Of a DNA stretch of 54,738 nucleotides, positions 18,017 through 27,048 are shown piece after piece. This DNA is from a virus. Taxonomy: Duplodnaviria; Caudoviricetes. Both the position numbers and the translations under genes were made by a program. The DNA is taken from IMG/VR virus record IMGVR_UViG_3300027719_000273, positions 1-54,738 of that record; one strand, 5' to 3'. A model generated the notes under the pieces. That model was given only the letters and a program-made list of their open reading frames with translations. It was not told the DNA's origin and did no database searches. Every line of letters begins with the position of its first letter. The stretch's first letter is position 1.

Positions 18017-19420
18017 CTAAAAGTTTACGCCGATTTTCTGGTAGATACGTTCCATACTGTCCACGGGTGTAATATCCGCGAAGAAGTAGGCTTCGTCTAT
18101 CTTCGGCGTAAAAATAGCGTCCTTACCATGCCAGTCCGGATCCGGTCTATAGAAAAAGCCCAGCTTTATGATTTCCAGGGCTGCCAATGGCCCCAGGTAT
18201 TCCTTTTCCACTATGGACGCGTATATTTCGCGGGCTTCTTGGGTATTACTCTTGTCCCTCTTGTACGCGTCGCCGAAAGCTTCCAGGTCCTTACTGGTAT
18301 AGTCCAAGGCGTTACTTATTCTTATCTTCCCGAATTCGGCCGTTTCGCCTTCTAATACAGGGGTAGTCAATGTATTTACACCTTCGTCGATAAGGATATT
18401 ATCGCCGACCTGGACGAATACCAAGGTACCCGCTTCTTTGCAGGCGATACGCTGGGACGGTTTCAGTTTCTTGTTTATAGCCGTATACGGTACAGGTTCG
18501 TCCGTAAGGGTCCTGTTTAAGCCGACAGCTGCTACCCTGGCCGCTATGAAAAGGGCCATTTCCGCAGCTGTGTATCCGTCGCAGCCGTTCCCGACATTGA
18601 CTACGCCGCGATAGTTGACCGCCTTACTTTTCGTATTGGCAGCAGTACCGCCGTCGTTATCCCAAGCGCCGCCCCCGCCACGTACGAAGGTTACGTAGAA
18701 GCCTTCGCCCCTTACCCTTTTTACAAAGGTTTCAGCCGTCGTAAGTATGGTTTCGTCGGTTACAGCGTCCAGCGTAAAGCTGTTCGCGGTTCCATCCGCT
18801 TCCAGGGAGTCCAGGAAGGCCGCGTATTCTGTAGCAGTCGATACGTCGCCGTTATTGCCGCCCGCGAAGTCTGTCCCTGCCGTTACAGCTGGAAGGTTTG
18901 CGCCCTTCGCCGATACTCTTACGTAGTCGGAAGCGTTAAGCTTTGCTTCCAGGCCTGACAGAGTAGTATCTTCGACTTCGACCAGGATTACCCCGGCTTC
19001 TATGATCTGGACTATAGTACCTACGGTTCCAGCCTTTACTACTGCCTTGAAAGCCCTTGCCGACTTATACAGCGTTTGTAATGTCAGTGACATAGCAGCG
19101 CCCGCGTCGTTAAGTATGCAGCTGCCTTTCGCGCCTGCTGCTGTTACCATACGATAGCCCAAAACCTTGTACGGGTTCCCTTTGTATGCATGTTTATAGA
19201 CTTTCCCGGCGGTAAGTGCGGTTTTATCCGCATTATAAAGGGCCTTGAATTCGTTAGACTGTACACTTACAGTCAGTTCGTTTTCCGGCCCCCAGTCGCT
19301 TGTAAAGCTGTAAGCAGCTATACCCCTTTCGCCCCTGGTAATAGTACTTATTACCGACTTAATAAGGGTATAGACGCCGCTTAATACCTTGCTTATACCT
19401 TCAATGTATGTTCCGGCCAT
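18017..19420 (-). CDS. Tail sheath protein (XkdK-like)
   Basis: DWGPEN, IDEGVNT, KIRI, PVDSMERIY. Confidence 0.93.
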   Translation of the reverse strand: MAGTYIEGISKVLSGVYTLIKSVISTITRGERGIAAYSFTSDWGPENELTVSVQSNEFKALYNADKTALTAGKVYKHAYKGNPYKVLGYRMVTAAGAKGSCILNDAGAAMSLTLQTLYKSARAFKAVVKAGTVGTIVQIIEAGVILVEVEDTTLSGLEAKLNASDYVRVSAKGANLPAVTAGTDFAGGNNGDVSTATEYAAFLDSLEADGTANSFTLDAVTDETILTTAETFVKRVRGEGFYVTFVRGGGGAWDNDGGTAANTKSKAVNYRGVVNVGNGCDGYTAAEMALFIAARVAAVGLNRTLTDEPVPYTAINKKLKPSQRIACKEAGTLVFVQVGDNILIDEGVNTLTTPVLEGETAEFGKIRISNALDYTSKDLEAFGDAYKRDKSNTQEAREIYASIVEKEYLGPLAALEIIKLGFFYRPDPDWHGKDAIFTPKIDEAYFFADITPVDSMERIYQKIGVNF

Positions 19421-19423
19421 GGT

Positions 19424-19633
19424 TTACTTACCCCCTTCTTTCTGTATTGGCCTGGTTAAGAAGTCTTCGACCTTTTCCCTGGCCTGATCTATTGTTATAG
19501 GTTCTTCGACTGCATACAGCGCGCCCGCTATAACTTCGGGCGGCTGGTTGAAAAGCTTCTGCGCCTGGGCTATAAGTGTATCCTTCGGAAAGGTCGGCTT
19601 TTCGCCTGCGCCAGCTTGCTTTTTATTGATCAT
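19424..19633 (-). CDS. Small tail-region protein
   Basis: Position before the sheath gene; RBS. Confidence 0.65.
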   Translation of the reverse strand: MINKKQAGAGEKPTFPKDTLIAQAQKLFNQPPEVIAGALYAVEEPITIDQAREKVEDFLTRPIQKEGGK

Positions 19634-19637
19634 AGAC

Positions 19638-20108
19638 TTATACCCCCTGTTCGTAGTCCGTTCTTACTGTGTTGATTATCTTTGTAGCATGTGGTACCGG
19701 GTCTGGCTGCTGCCTGTAATATGTTACTTCATACGACAGGGTAAAGCCGCCTTCTAGGTCCTGCCCCATAAATTCCAGCTGTACATTACGAAGCTTACGT
19801 ATAATGTCGCTGCCTTCCATTACGGGTATTACGCCGCAGCGTTCTTCCAGGTCAGTAAGCAGCTGATCCTGGTACGTAAGGGCATCTTCGACGCTGCTTA
19901 CGCATAGGCGCCCGTACTGCTGTACAGCCGTTACATATTCGTAGCGGCTTACATTTCTGGTCCTGGTCCGGCTGGGCGTTTCCCATATGATAACAGGCCG
20001 GGGTAATTTCGTCGGCGCTTCTTTAAGCTTCCAGGACGGTAGCCCAGCGACCGACTTTACCCAGGTCTGTATTGCGGTAAGTTCTTTGCCGTATGTCATT
20101 GTCGCCAT
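19638..20108 (-). CDS. Putative tail completion/terminator protein
   Basis: Synteny and size. Confidence 0.6.
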   Translation of the reverse strand: MATMTYGKELTAIQTWVKSVAGLPSWKLKEAPTKLPRPVIIWETPSRTRTRNVSRYEYVTAVQQYGRLCVSSVEDALTYQDQLLTDLEERCGVIPVMEGSDIIRKLRNVQLEFMGQDLEGGFTLSYEVTYYRQQPDPVPHATKIINTVRTDYEQGV

Positions 20109-20112
20109 ATCT

Positions 20113-20613
20113 CTACCCCCTAAATAGTTCCGCGTAAAGACGCCGGAATTCGAATTCTACAATTCTGTCAACGTCGCCAGCTTCCAGAGCTTGTATACCC
20201 TTTTCAAACATGTGCGCCCCTTCTATGATTTTACCTGTAAGGATCATTCCTTTATCGTACCCAGGCTGGTAGTGGAAGGTATCCCCCTGCCAGAAGCCAG
20301 GTACGAAGCGACCCCGTTCCTGCTGGTGTCCATCGTTTACGGCAGCTGCATAACTTACGGCGGTGCCATAAAATACGTAGCTTGTCTTCCCTACGGATAC
20401 CTTAAAAAGATTGTCTTTGTCGCCCATAGACATACTTCCTGCCAGGCGTGAAGTCTTCCTGGGCGTGTTGTCCTGGGTTACTTCCAGGCCCCGAAGGCCT
20501 ATACTGCGAAGTACGCGACCCTTCATTCTGTCGACGTCTTTAGCTTCCAGCTTTTCCAGCCATTTAAGCCACTGGTTCAGTTCCGGTATCTGTAGTCCGT
20601 CTTTGCTACTCAT
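20113..20613 (-). CDS. HK97 gp10-like neck protein
   Basis: TPRKTSRLAGS, GTAVSYAAAVNDGH, GAHMFEKG. Confidence 0.85.
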   Translation of the reverse strand: MSSKDGLQIPELNQWLKWLEKLEAKDVDRMKGRVLRSIGLRGLEVTQDNTPRKTSRLAGSMSMGDKDNLFKVSVGKTSYVFYGTAVSYAAAVNDGHQQERGRFVPGFWQGDTFHYQPGYDKGMILTGKIIEGAHMFEKGIQALEAGDVDRIVEFEFRRLYAELFRG

Positions 20614-20993
20614 AGGAATTTTACGCCCCGGTCGGACTTCGTCACATTCGCCGCCTTGTATGCGTCCGCGTAAGGCTTAAGCATACCGTCGACTATCGCC
20701 CAGGGGTCCCGTGCTTTGTCCCTGACGAAAGCGCCTGCCGGGGCTGCTTCTGTGATATCCCCAGTGGTAGTGTTTACCTGGGCTGTGTCTGCTTTTGCGA
20801 ATAGCTGAAAGGCTAGTGATACAGCAGACTTAAGGCTTTTTCCGTCGTCCTTTGGTATAGCTGGAGGTATCCCGCCTATTTGCCCGAAGGCGTGGGCGTT
20901 TGCCTGTGCTAAAAACTGGGTAACGTCGTCCGCGTCCATATCTACGGCTTTCTTGTAGTACGTGGTCTTAAGTTCGTCTTCCGTTAAAAACAT
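20610..20993 (-). CDS. Putative head-tail adaptor
   Basis: MFLTEDELK start, MLKPY motif, synteny. Confidence 0.6.
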   Translation of the reverse strand: MFLTEDELKTTYYKKAVDMDADDVTQFLAQANAHAFGQIGGIPPAIPKDDGKSLKSAVSLAFQLFAKADTAQVNTTTGDITEAAPAGAFVRDKARDPWAIVDGMLKPYADAYKAANVTKSDRGVKFL

Positions 20994-21007
20994 GACGTAA
21001 TCCCCCT

Positions 21008-21523
21008 TTACTTAAGTAATGACGCAGCCTTACCCTGTGCTATGACAGCTTCCACTATATCGGCCTTCTTAGCGTCGTACGCTATTTCTACGCCTACCTT
21101 TATGGCGGCATCGTAAAGTTCGTCCCTTTTGTACTGACCGTTAAGTGTTTTCCTGATTTTCGTCAGTTCTTCTTCGACCTGCTTTGCTGCTGCGTTCGGG
21201 TCCTGGTTTCCAGTGTTGTTACTTCCGTCGGTATTTTTTCCATCTTCCGTACCTGTCCCTGTACCCTCATTTGTACCCGTATCGTTCGCGTCATTGGCAT
21301 CTGTCTGCCTGCTGCCCTCTTCCGCGGGTAACTTATCCCCTGACGGGTTTGAATTGATTGTGGGCGATTTAAACGCATTTTCGGCGACGGTTTTTACTAT
21401 TTCCCGGGCGTAGCCGTCCGCAATAAGACTTTTTCCGCTGACTGCGTCGGTTTCTCTCTGTTCACCTACAGGGACGTCCTTACCGTTGTGAGTTACCCCT
21501 GTTTTGATTATTTCTAATAACAT
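21008..21523 (-). CDS. Head-associated protein with C-terminal HeH/Rho-N-like motif
   Basis: KRDELYDAAIKVGVEIAYDAKKADIVEAV after a low-complexity linker; follows the capsid gene. Confidence 0.6.
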   Translation of the reverse strand: MLLEIIKTGVTHNGKDVPVGEQRETDAVSGKSLIADGYAREIVKTVAENAFKSPTINSNPSGDKLPAEEGSRQTDANDANDTGTNEGTGTGTEDGKNTDGSNNTGNQDPNAAAKQVEEELTKIRKTLNGQYKRDELYDAAIKVGVEIAYDAKKADIVEAVIAQGKAASLLK

Positions 21524-21613
21524 ACATTTACCCCCAATTCGTTCTTATTGGAAATAGGAATAAAAAGGGACGCCTACTGCACCCCGTTATCCTATATAAG
21601 CCGCCCGACTGTA

Positions 21614-22630
21614 CTAGCTTAGTACAGTCGCTATTTTGATAAGGTCCGGTTCCATAACCTTCGGGAAGGAAGCCGCTACGACTTCTATTACCTGTCTGTA
21701 TGGTCTTTCCATTTGGAAAGTCCTGCCGAATATACCAGGTTCCATGTTGTTTTCAACGGTAGGACCGAGAAGCTGGCTGCCGATTGCGCCGCCTTCTTTG
21801 AGGAAGACACCGACCTTTTCGGAAAGCAGTCGCTGGGATACCCTAACGCCGCCATTGTCTACGTCCCTGTATGTTACCTGGGCGTCGAAGGCTTCCATAG
21901 GCGGCAGTTTTCTACCCCTTAAGAAGGTGTTAAGTTCGTCTATGGTTATAAGCGCCTTCGTAGCATTGTCGCCCTTTATAGCGGCAATTACGCCTGGGTC
22001 GGAAAGTACTTCGTAGATTACAGTAAGGGACGTTACGAATACTTCCGGCATTTCCCCATTAAGAGCTACATAGGCCTGTACCCAGCCCTGGTAGTCTGAC
22101 AGTATAGTAGCGTTGTTCTGGTCCCATTTAACCAGCGGTGCTACCTTATTGCCTGCGGGTATCCCGAAGTCTACGCCCAGTATGATACCGCCTTTATTGT
22201 AAACCAGTTGTCCGGTACCCAGTGCCTGCCAACGAAGCCACTCCATCCTGGCGTCGACATTCTGTTTTATCCTTGCGGACTTGTTCAACAGCTGCTTTTC
22301 AGCTATCTTCCTCTTACCGTCGTTTCCTTTGTCAGACAATGCCGCCAGTTCCTTCTTTGTAACGATGTGGGACTGACCTATGTCTGTGATTTCCCCGGAT
22401 ACCCTTCTCATTGGGTCCCCGTCAGTAAGTGGAAGTTCTGCGCCCCTGTCCACTATGTCGGCCATATCTGCCTGCCTGGACAGTACAGTTTCATGGAAGT
22501 CTATATCGTAGGTCGTGTCTATAGGCAGAAAGCGCTGTCCTATATACTTCGTGTCTACTGGTACTTCATTGATAATTTCTGTAAACAACGGATTCGCGAA
22601 TAATTCGCTAAACTGATCTAATCCTGCCAT
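21614..22630 (-). CDS. Major capsid protein (lambda gpE-like family)
   Basis: RMEWLRWQALGTG, VDFGIP, ASFP; follows the decoration gene. Confidence 0.9.
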   Translation of the reverse strand: MAGLDQFSELFANPLFTEIINEVPVDTKYIGQRFLPIDTTYDIDFHETVLSRQADMADIVDRGAELPLTDGDPMRRVSGEITDIGQSHIVTKKELAALSDKGNDGKRKIAEKQLLNKSARIKQNVDARMEWLRWQALGTGQLVYNKGGIILGVDFGIPAGNKVAPLVKWDQNNATILSDYQGWVQAYVALNGEMPEVFVTSLTVIYEVLSDPGVIAAIKGDNATKALITIDELNTFLRGRKLPPMEAFDAQVTYRDVDNGGVRVSQRLLSEKVGVFLKEGGAIGSQLLGPTVENNMEPGIFGRTFQMERPYRQVIEVVAASFPKVMEPDLIKIATVLS

Positions 22631-22661
22631 GTTGTTTATACCCCCTTATTATTTTTGTGCA

Positions 22662-22686
22662 TAAAAATGACGCTTAGAAAGCGTCT
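22662..22686 (-). terminator. Intrinsic terminator/attenuator between decoration and capsid genes
   Basis: GACGCTT-TCT-AAGCGTC-ATTTTT. Confidence 0.55.
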
Positions 22687-22708
22687 TTAGATAATTTGCA
22701 GCGCGAAT

Positions 22709-23884
22709 CTAGCTTCTGAAAAGGATTGCACCTGCCAGTTTTGCCTTAAAGGCTTCTGTACAGCCGATAAGCATACCCGTAAGTACGCTTCCCCTTATTA
22801 ATACCTGGCCTGCTGTTACGTCAACATTTGCACCCAGTTCGTCTACGGGTATCTTTATGCTTTCGTCCAGTATCACCGGGTCAGACTTCCCTGCCGGGAA
22901 ATACGTTGCAGTTTGTCCTGCTACCGCTGCCGGAATAGCTACGCCCAGAATACCTTCTACTGTAGCTTCGTCCCCGGCTGCACCCCATGTTCCGCTAATA
23001 TTGACGGAGGTACCCGCCCCACTGTCTTTTGTAACTATGCGAAGTTTGCCGCCTACTACGTCTACGTTTGCCAGGTCAGTTACTTTCAGCCCGCTTGCTA
23101 TTGACAAGGCGCCTATAGCTGCGGCCATTTGTTCGGCTGCGGAAGCTGCGCCCACGACAGTTTCTACAGGGAATGAAATACCAAAAATGCCCTCAAAAAG
23201 TACTTCGTCCCCTGCTGCACCCCAAGTTCCGGCTAGGGCTACTGACTGACTAGCGCCTACGTCCTTCGTGGCTATGTGTATTACGCTACCCACCAGAAAG
23301 AGGTCTGCCACTGCTTGAACACTTGCGCCGTCAGCTGCGGCGGCCGCTGCTAAAGCTGCAAGTATTACTGCGTCAGTACTATCCGCAGCCAAGGCTGCTA
23401 AATTAGCGTTAGGTACTATATAATCCTTGCCGTTTACAGTGATTTTAATTACTGTAGCAGCGTTCGCGCCAGAGGCATCTGCATTATTTATGGCTGCGCC
23501 CCCTGCTACTTCCGCGGGTTTTGCGACTGCTGCGGCTATTGGTAAAGCTTTCAGTCCTGCGTTACTCATTTCAAAAGTATTCCCGTTAACTTTTACCGTT
23601 AATCTTGTACCAGCGTTTAAACCAGCTACAGCCACAGGTGTTATTGCGTTCGCCCCTAATAAAATAGCGGGCGCAGCCTGTACTGCGCTGTCTGCGTATT
23701 TTTCATATTTCCCTGTTACATCGTCTTTCATAAGACACTGACCTTCTAACAGGAGTTCGCCCGTAGCAAATTTACTGCCGTCCAGGGTTATACCACGGTT
23801 AACATAGTCAAAGTTTGCGCTGGCTTTAATTTCCCTGGGCGCTGTGTAGCTGGTCTTTCTAATCGTTATATCGTTGTTATACAT
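22709..23884 (-). CDS. Head decoration protein with large internal insertion
   Basis: Decoration-like termini (GITLDGSKF..TGKYEKY; PVILDE..GQVLIRG) flank Ala/Gly-rich repeated domains; between scaffold and capsid. Confidence 0.7.
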   Translation of the reverse strand: MYNNDITIRKTSYTAPREIKASANFDYVNRGITLDGSKFATGELLLEGQCLMKDDVTGKYEKYADSAVQAAPAILLGANAITPVAVAGLNAGTRLTVKVNGNTFEMSNAGLKALPIAAAVAKPAEVAGGAAINNADASGANAATVIKITVNGKDYIVPNANLAALAADSTDAVILAALAAAAAADGASVQAVADLFLVGSVIHIATKDVGASQSVALAGTWGAAGDEVLFEGIFGISFPVETVVGAASAAEQMAAAIGALSIASGLKVTDLANVDVVGGKLRIVTKDSGAGTSVNISGTWGAAGDEATVEGILGVAIPAAVAGQTATYFPAGKSDPVILDESIKIPVDELGANVDVTAGQVLIRGSVLTGMLIGCTEAFKAKLAGAILFRS

Positions 23885-23903
23885 GGATTCTTATACCCCC
23901 TTG

Positions 23904-24653
23904 TTATTTTTTGGTTTCGTCTTTCTTGATATTGAGTAATTCCCTGGCGCGGCTTAAGTTCGCGTCATGACCTTTATCTTCTGCGCCAGCTGCGCCAACG
24001 CCACCCGGACCTTTGCCGCGAAAGTCGTTACCCTTGTTTTTGTCATCCCCCTTGCCGTCGTCGGTTTTGAACAGTGTAGGTTCGTCCAGTTGTAGCTTTT
24101 TTACGGCCCTGTCCACGCTCTTAAGGTCGACTTCTCCGGTCGTTTCGTCCACAAAGTCGATAAGGTACGCATAGTCAGATCTCATAAGCGCTATTACTGG
24201 CCCCTTGCTTACAGGGTTGTACTTGCCTACTGTCTTAAGTAGTGCATTTTCCAGCCTTAAGGTCTTCATTTCCGCGGTCAATGTATCGACCTTTCCAGCC
24301 TTTACTTTCAGCGCTTCTACTTCCTGGCCTTCGGGTACTTTCATTTTTCCAGTTCCAACTTTAACAAATTCTACCACCTTGCCGGGTAGGTCCTTGTTAG
24401 ACGCGTCGACTTCTACGCCTGCGTCCTTAAGAATTTTACGCAGCTGCTGGGTAGTTTTCCTGGCTATCATACCATCTACGTCGGCCTGGGTGTATATTGG
24501 CTTATCGGCTTCCGGGTTATAGTCGGCCGCGTCGTCTGCTTCTTCCTGGGTTATGTCTTTGCTTTCTACAAGCTTCGTCAGTTCTGCCAGGTATGCGCCC
24601 TTCTTGATTTCCCCCTTTTTGTACTTTTCCTGTAATTCCTTTAACTTGTTCAT
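23904..24653 (-). CDS. Capsid scaffolding protein
   Basis: YTQADVDGMI, charged coiled coil, EPTLF, Gly-rich tail; synteny. Confidence 0.85.
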   Translation of the reverse strand: MNKLKELQEKYKKGEIKKGAYLAELTKLVESKDITQEEADDAADYNPEADKPIYTQADVDGMIARKTTQQLRKILKDAGVEVDASNKDLPGKVVEFVKVGTGKMKVPEGQEVEALKVKAGKVDTLTAEMKTLRLENALLKTVGKYNPVSKGPVIALMRSDYAYLIDFVDETTGEVDLKSVDRAVKKLQLDEPTLFKTDDGKGDDKNKGNDFRGKGPGGVGAAGAEDKGHDANLSRARELLNIKKDETKK

Positions 24654-24759
24654 TTCTCTCCTTTCAGTTTCAGCCCTGCGGCTTCTCCGGTTTGTACGAT
24701 ACCGTTAAACGCATTTTGTCAGCGGCCAGTATTATAGGCCCTGGCTACTGTACGGCACG

Positions 24760-24785
24760 AAAAAAGGACGCCCGTAAGCGTCCTA
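24760..24785 (-). terminator. Intrinsic terminator after MuF and small gene
   Basis: AGGACGC-TTACGG-GCGTCCTTTTTT. Confidence 0.75.
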
Positions 24786-24804
24786 TAATCACTTTATAAA
24801 GCTT

Positions 24805-24990
24805 TTATCCTATCTGTCTTAGTATTTCCGCGTGTACCCTGTCTTCCCCCAGGTCCAGTATCTGCTGTAAGACGACAATCTTCTGCTGCTGTATGTCTTC
24901 TCCTACGTCTACTTCGAAGTCCGTAAGCAGCTGCGATACCTTCGCTTCGTTATTCGGGTTCCTGTATAAGGTCTTAGGAATAAAAAACAT
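24805..24990 (-). CDS. Small protein, candidate MuF-toxin immunity protein
   Basis: 61 aa, 2 bp after the MuF stop, followed by a terminator. Confidence 0.55.
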   Translation of the reverse strand: MFFIPKTLYRNPNNEAKVSQLLTDFEVDVGEDIQQQKIVVLQQILDLGEDRVHAEILRQIG

Positions 24991-24992
24991 TG

Positions 24993-27029
24993 TTACAATA
25001 CCCCCACTTCCCGCATGGCCGCAGCCAACACGTTATTAAATACCCAAGCTTCGTTACCCATAGTCGGAGCTGGGCCGCCGTTCTTTATGACGTCCCATAC
25101 TGTCCTGGCGTCGTTAAGTATAAAGCTTCTAGCGCTTCTGCTTTCCGGCGAATTTTCCAGTACCTTGTCTACCAGGTCTTCCAGGTTGTTCTGTATATAG
25201 TCTACGTAATTCTTTCTAGCGTAGTCTTCTATATCCCAGAACTTATTCGCGCTATCCATGTCTATCTTGATGTTGTGCCATAAACTAGTCTTCCGGTCTA
25301 TCATTCTATATTTTACCATAACTTCCCCGAAGTCTTCTATAGTCTGGCAATCTTTGAACATATCCAATTTTTTGAGTCGTGGAAGGTTACGCACTAGTTT
25401 ATCAGGATAAGCAGGCTGTAGTTTTTTCATTATGCCTGCTTCACGTGTCAGGTAATGGGAAGCGCTTTCTGCGTAAGTTTCTTCTATGTCTACCCAAGCG
25501 TCAAAGTCCCAGCCATGTACGCCTGTCATGTAATCATGTTCCAGGCCGTCAGCTGTTGCGTGGAACAGTTCATGGAAAGTCGTTTTAACTTTGTATAAAT
25601 CGTCGCGCGTATCCGTAGACTGTAGCGAATACTTCGCTATTCCAATCTTTCCGCTTGCCCTAGTAGTGCTGGTATATGCACAGTAGCCGCGGCTACTCTG
25701 CTTTTCTATATATTCTGGTACACGCTTAAGGTCCACATTATCCAACAAATCGCGGGCCATTTTCCGACGGTCTGTTATAGCGCCTTTGTCCATGTGCTTA
25801 TTTACCACATCAACTAGTTTCTGTACCAGCATAGGCCGTTGCGGCGTCGGTGCTGGTGCCGGGGTCTTCGGTTTACGCTGCGCCCTGGGCTTCTTTACTG
25901 CCGTGGCTATCGGCGGTATGACTTCCGGCGGCTTTACCCAATCTGGGGTCGGTACTTGTATCGTCTTACCCCGGTACGTCCAGCGTCGTACTTCTTTATT
26001 TAAGTCTACTACGCTTTCCCCAGGACGTAGATAGCTTTTCAGATAGTCGTTACTTAAGCGATCATCCAAGTTTGGCAGCCCGTATTCTTTCGCATACTCC
26101 CGGTAGCTGCCTGCCTTCGTGTAGGTCCTGCTGTTTCCGTCCCTGGCTATGCGATCCTTGTCGTTTATGCCCAGGGCTGAAAGTATCGGGGACCAGATAC
26201 AACGACAGTTCGGGTGGTTCGGTATCCTCTTACCAGGTACGCCGGGGTTCTCCGGGGTATCGTAGTCCAGGTCAAATACCTTTGTATCGTTAGCAGCGTC
26301 CTTCGCGGCCGTATAGTTATCTAAGGTCGCGTTCCAGCGCTTACCGTCCAGTACGTCCTGGTTCTGTAAGTAGCTGTAGGAAGCGCCCAGGGCAGCCGCC
26401 CGGTTCAATTCGGTACGGGCCAGCCTTACAGCCCTAAAATAACCTTCCCCGGTACGCGTCTGTATGTTTCGGGCTACTGTGTTCCAGTCCAGGCCTTCTT
26501 CGACGGCCTGCTGTATGGTTTCTTTCATTTCCTGGGCTAGTAAGGCTGTATTCGCCCTTATTCGGTCGCTGTAGTTCGCCTTATCCGGTAGCCAGGGATT
26601 CGCCAGTACCCCCAGAACTTGCGCCGGGGTCAGTACTGGGACCGTCGCCGTTACCTTCGCCGCCTGTTCAAGCCCCCAGGCGTTCATGTAGTAGGCCTTT
26701 TCGAATTGATGCTTAAGTATCCCCGTGTAGTACGGCTGTTGCTGTGCGCCTGTACTTATTATGTCCCTTTGTATCTGTGCTATGAAAGCTTCCAGGCGGT
26801 CAGCCTTGCCTTTAAGGGCTTTTATCTTATTCGGGTCCTGCAAGGCGCCCATTTCCTTGTATAGCGCCTTTAATTGTGCCTGTAATCGACGATCCAGCTG
26901 GCGCCATATGTCACCCATGGTCGCCATTTTCTGGCCTGCCAGACGTTCGAAGTATTTCTGTAGGTCTGCGGTACGCTTATCCAGGTCCAGCTGGCGCCGT
27001 CTTAGTACCGCGTCATCTATTCCTGCCAT
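24993..27029 (-). CDS. Minor head protein (MuF/SPP1 gp7) with C-terminal zincin metallopeptidase-like domain
   Basis: RLARTE, WNATLD, PNHPNCRC; Pro/Lys linker; FHELFH...EETYAE; RBS supports ATG 27029. Confidence 0.88.
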   Translation of the reverse strand: MAGIDDAVLRRRQLDLDKRTADLQKYFERLAGQKMATMGDIWRQLDRRLQAQLKALYKEMGALQDPNKIKALKGKADRLEAFIAQIQRDIISTGAQQQPYYTGILKHQFEKAYYMNAWGLEQAAKVTATVPVLTPAQVLGVLANPWLPDKANYSDRIRANTALLAQEMKETIQQAVEEGLDWNTVARNIQTRTGEGYFRAVRLARTELNRAAALGASYSYLQNQDVLDGKRWNATLDNYTAAKDAANDTKVFDLDYDTPENPGVPGKRIPNHPNCRCIWSPILSALGINDKDRIARDGNSRTYTKAGSYREYAKEYGLPNLDDRLSNDYLKSYLRPGESVVDLNKEVRRWTYRGKTIQVPTPDWVKPPEVIPPIATAVKKPRAQRKPKTPAPAPTPQRPMLVQKLVDVVNKHMDKGAITDRRKMARDLLDNVDLKRVPEYIEKQSSRGYCAYTSTTRASGKIGIAKYSLQSTDTRDDLYKVKTTFHELFHATADGLEHDYMTGVHGWDFDAWVDIEETYAESASHYLTREAGIMKKLQPAYPDKLVRNLPRLKKLDMFKDCQTIEDFGEVMVKYRMIDRKTSLWHNIKIDMDSANKFWDIEDYARKNYVDYIQNNLEDLVDKVLENSPESRSARSFILNDARTVWDVIKNGGPAPTMGNEAWVFNNVLAAAMREVGVL

Positions 27030-27048
27030 AAAGTACCGCCCCCTTTCG

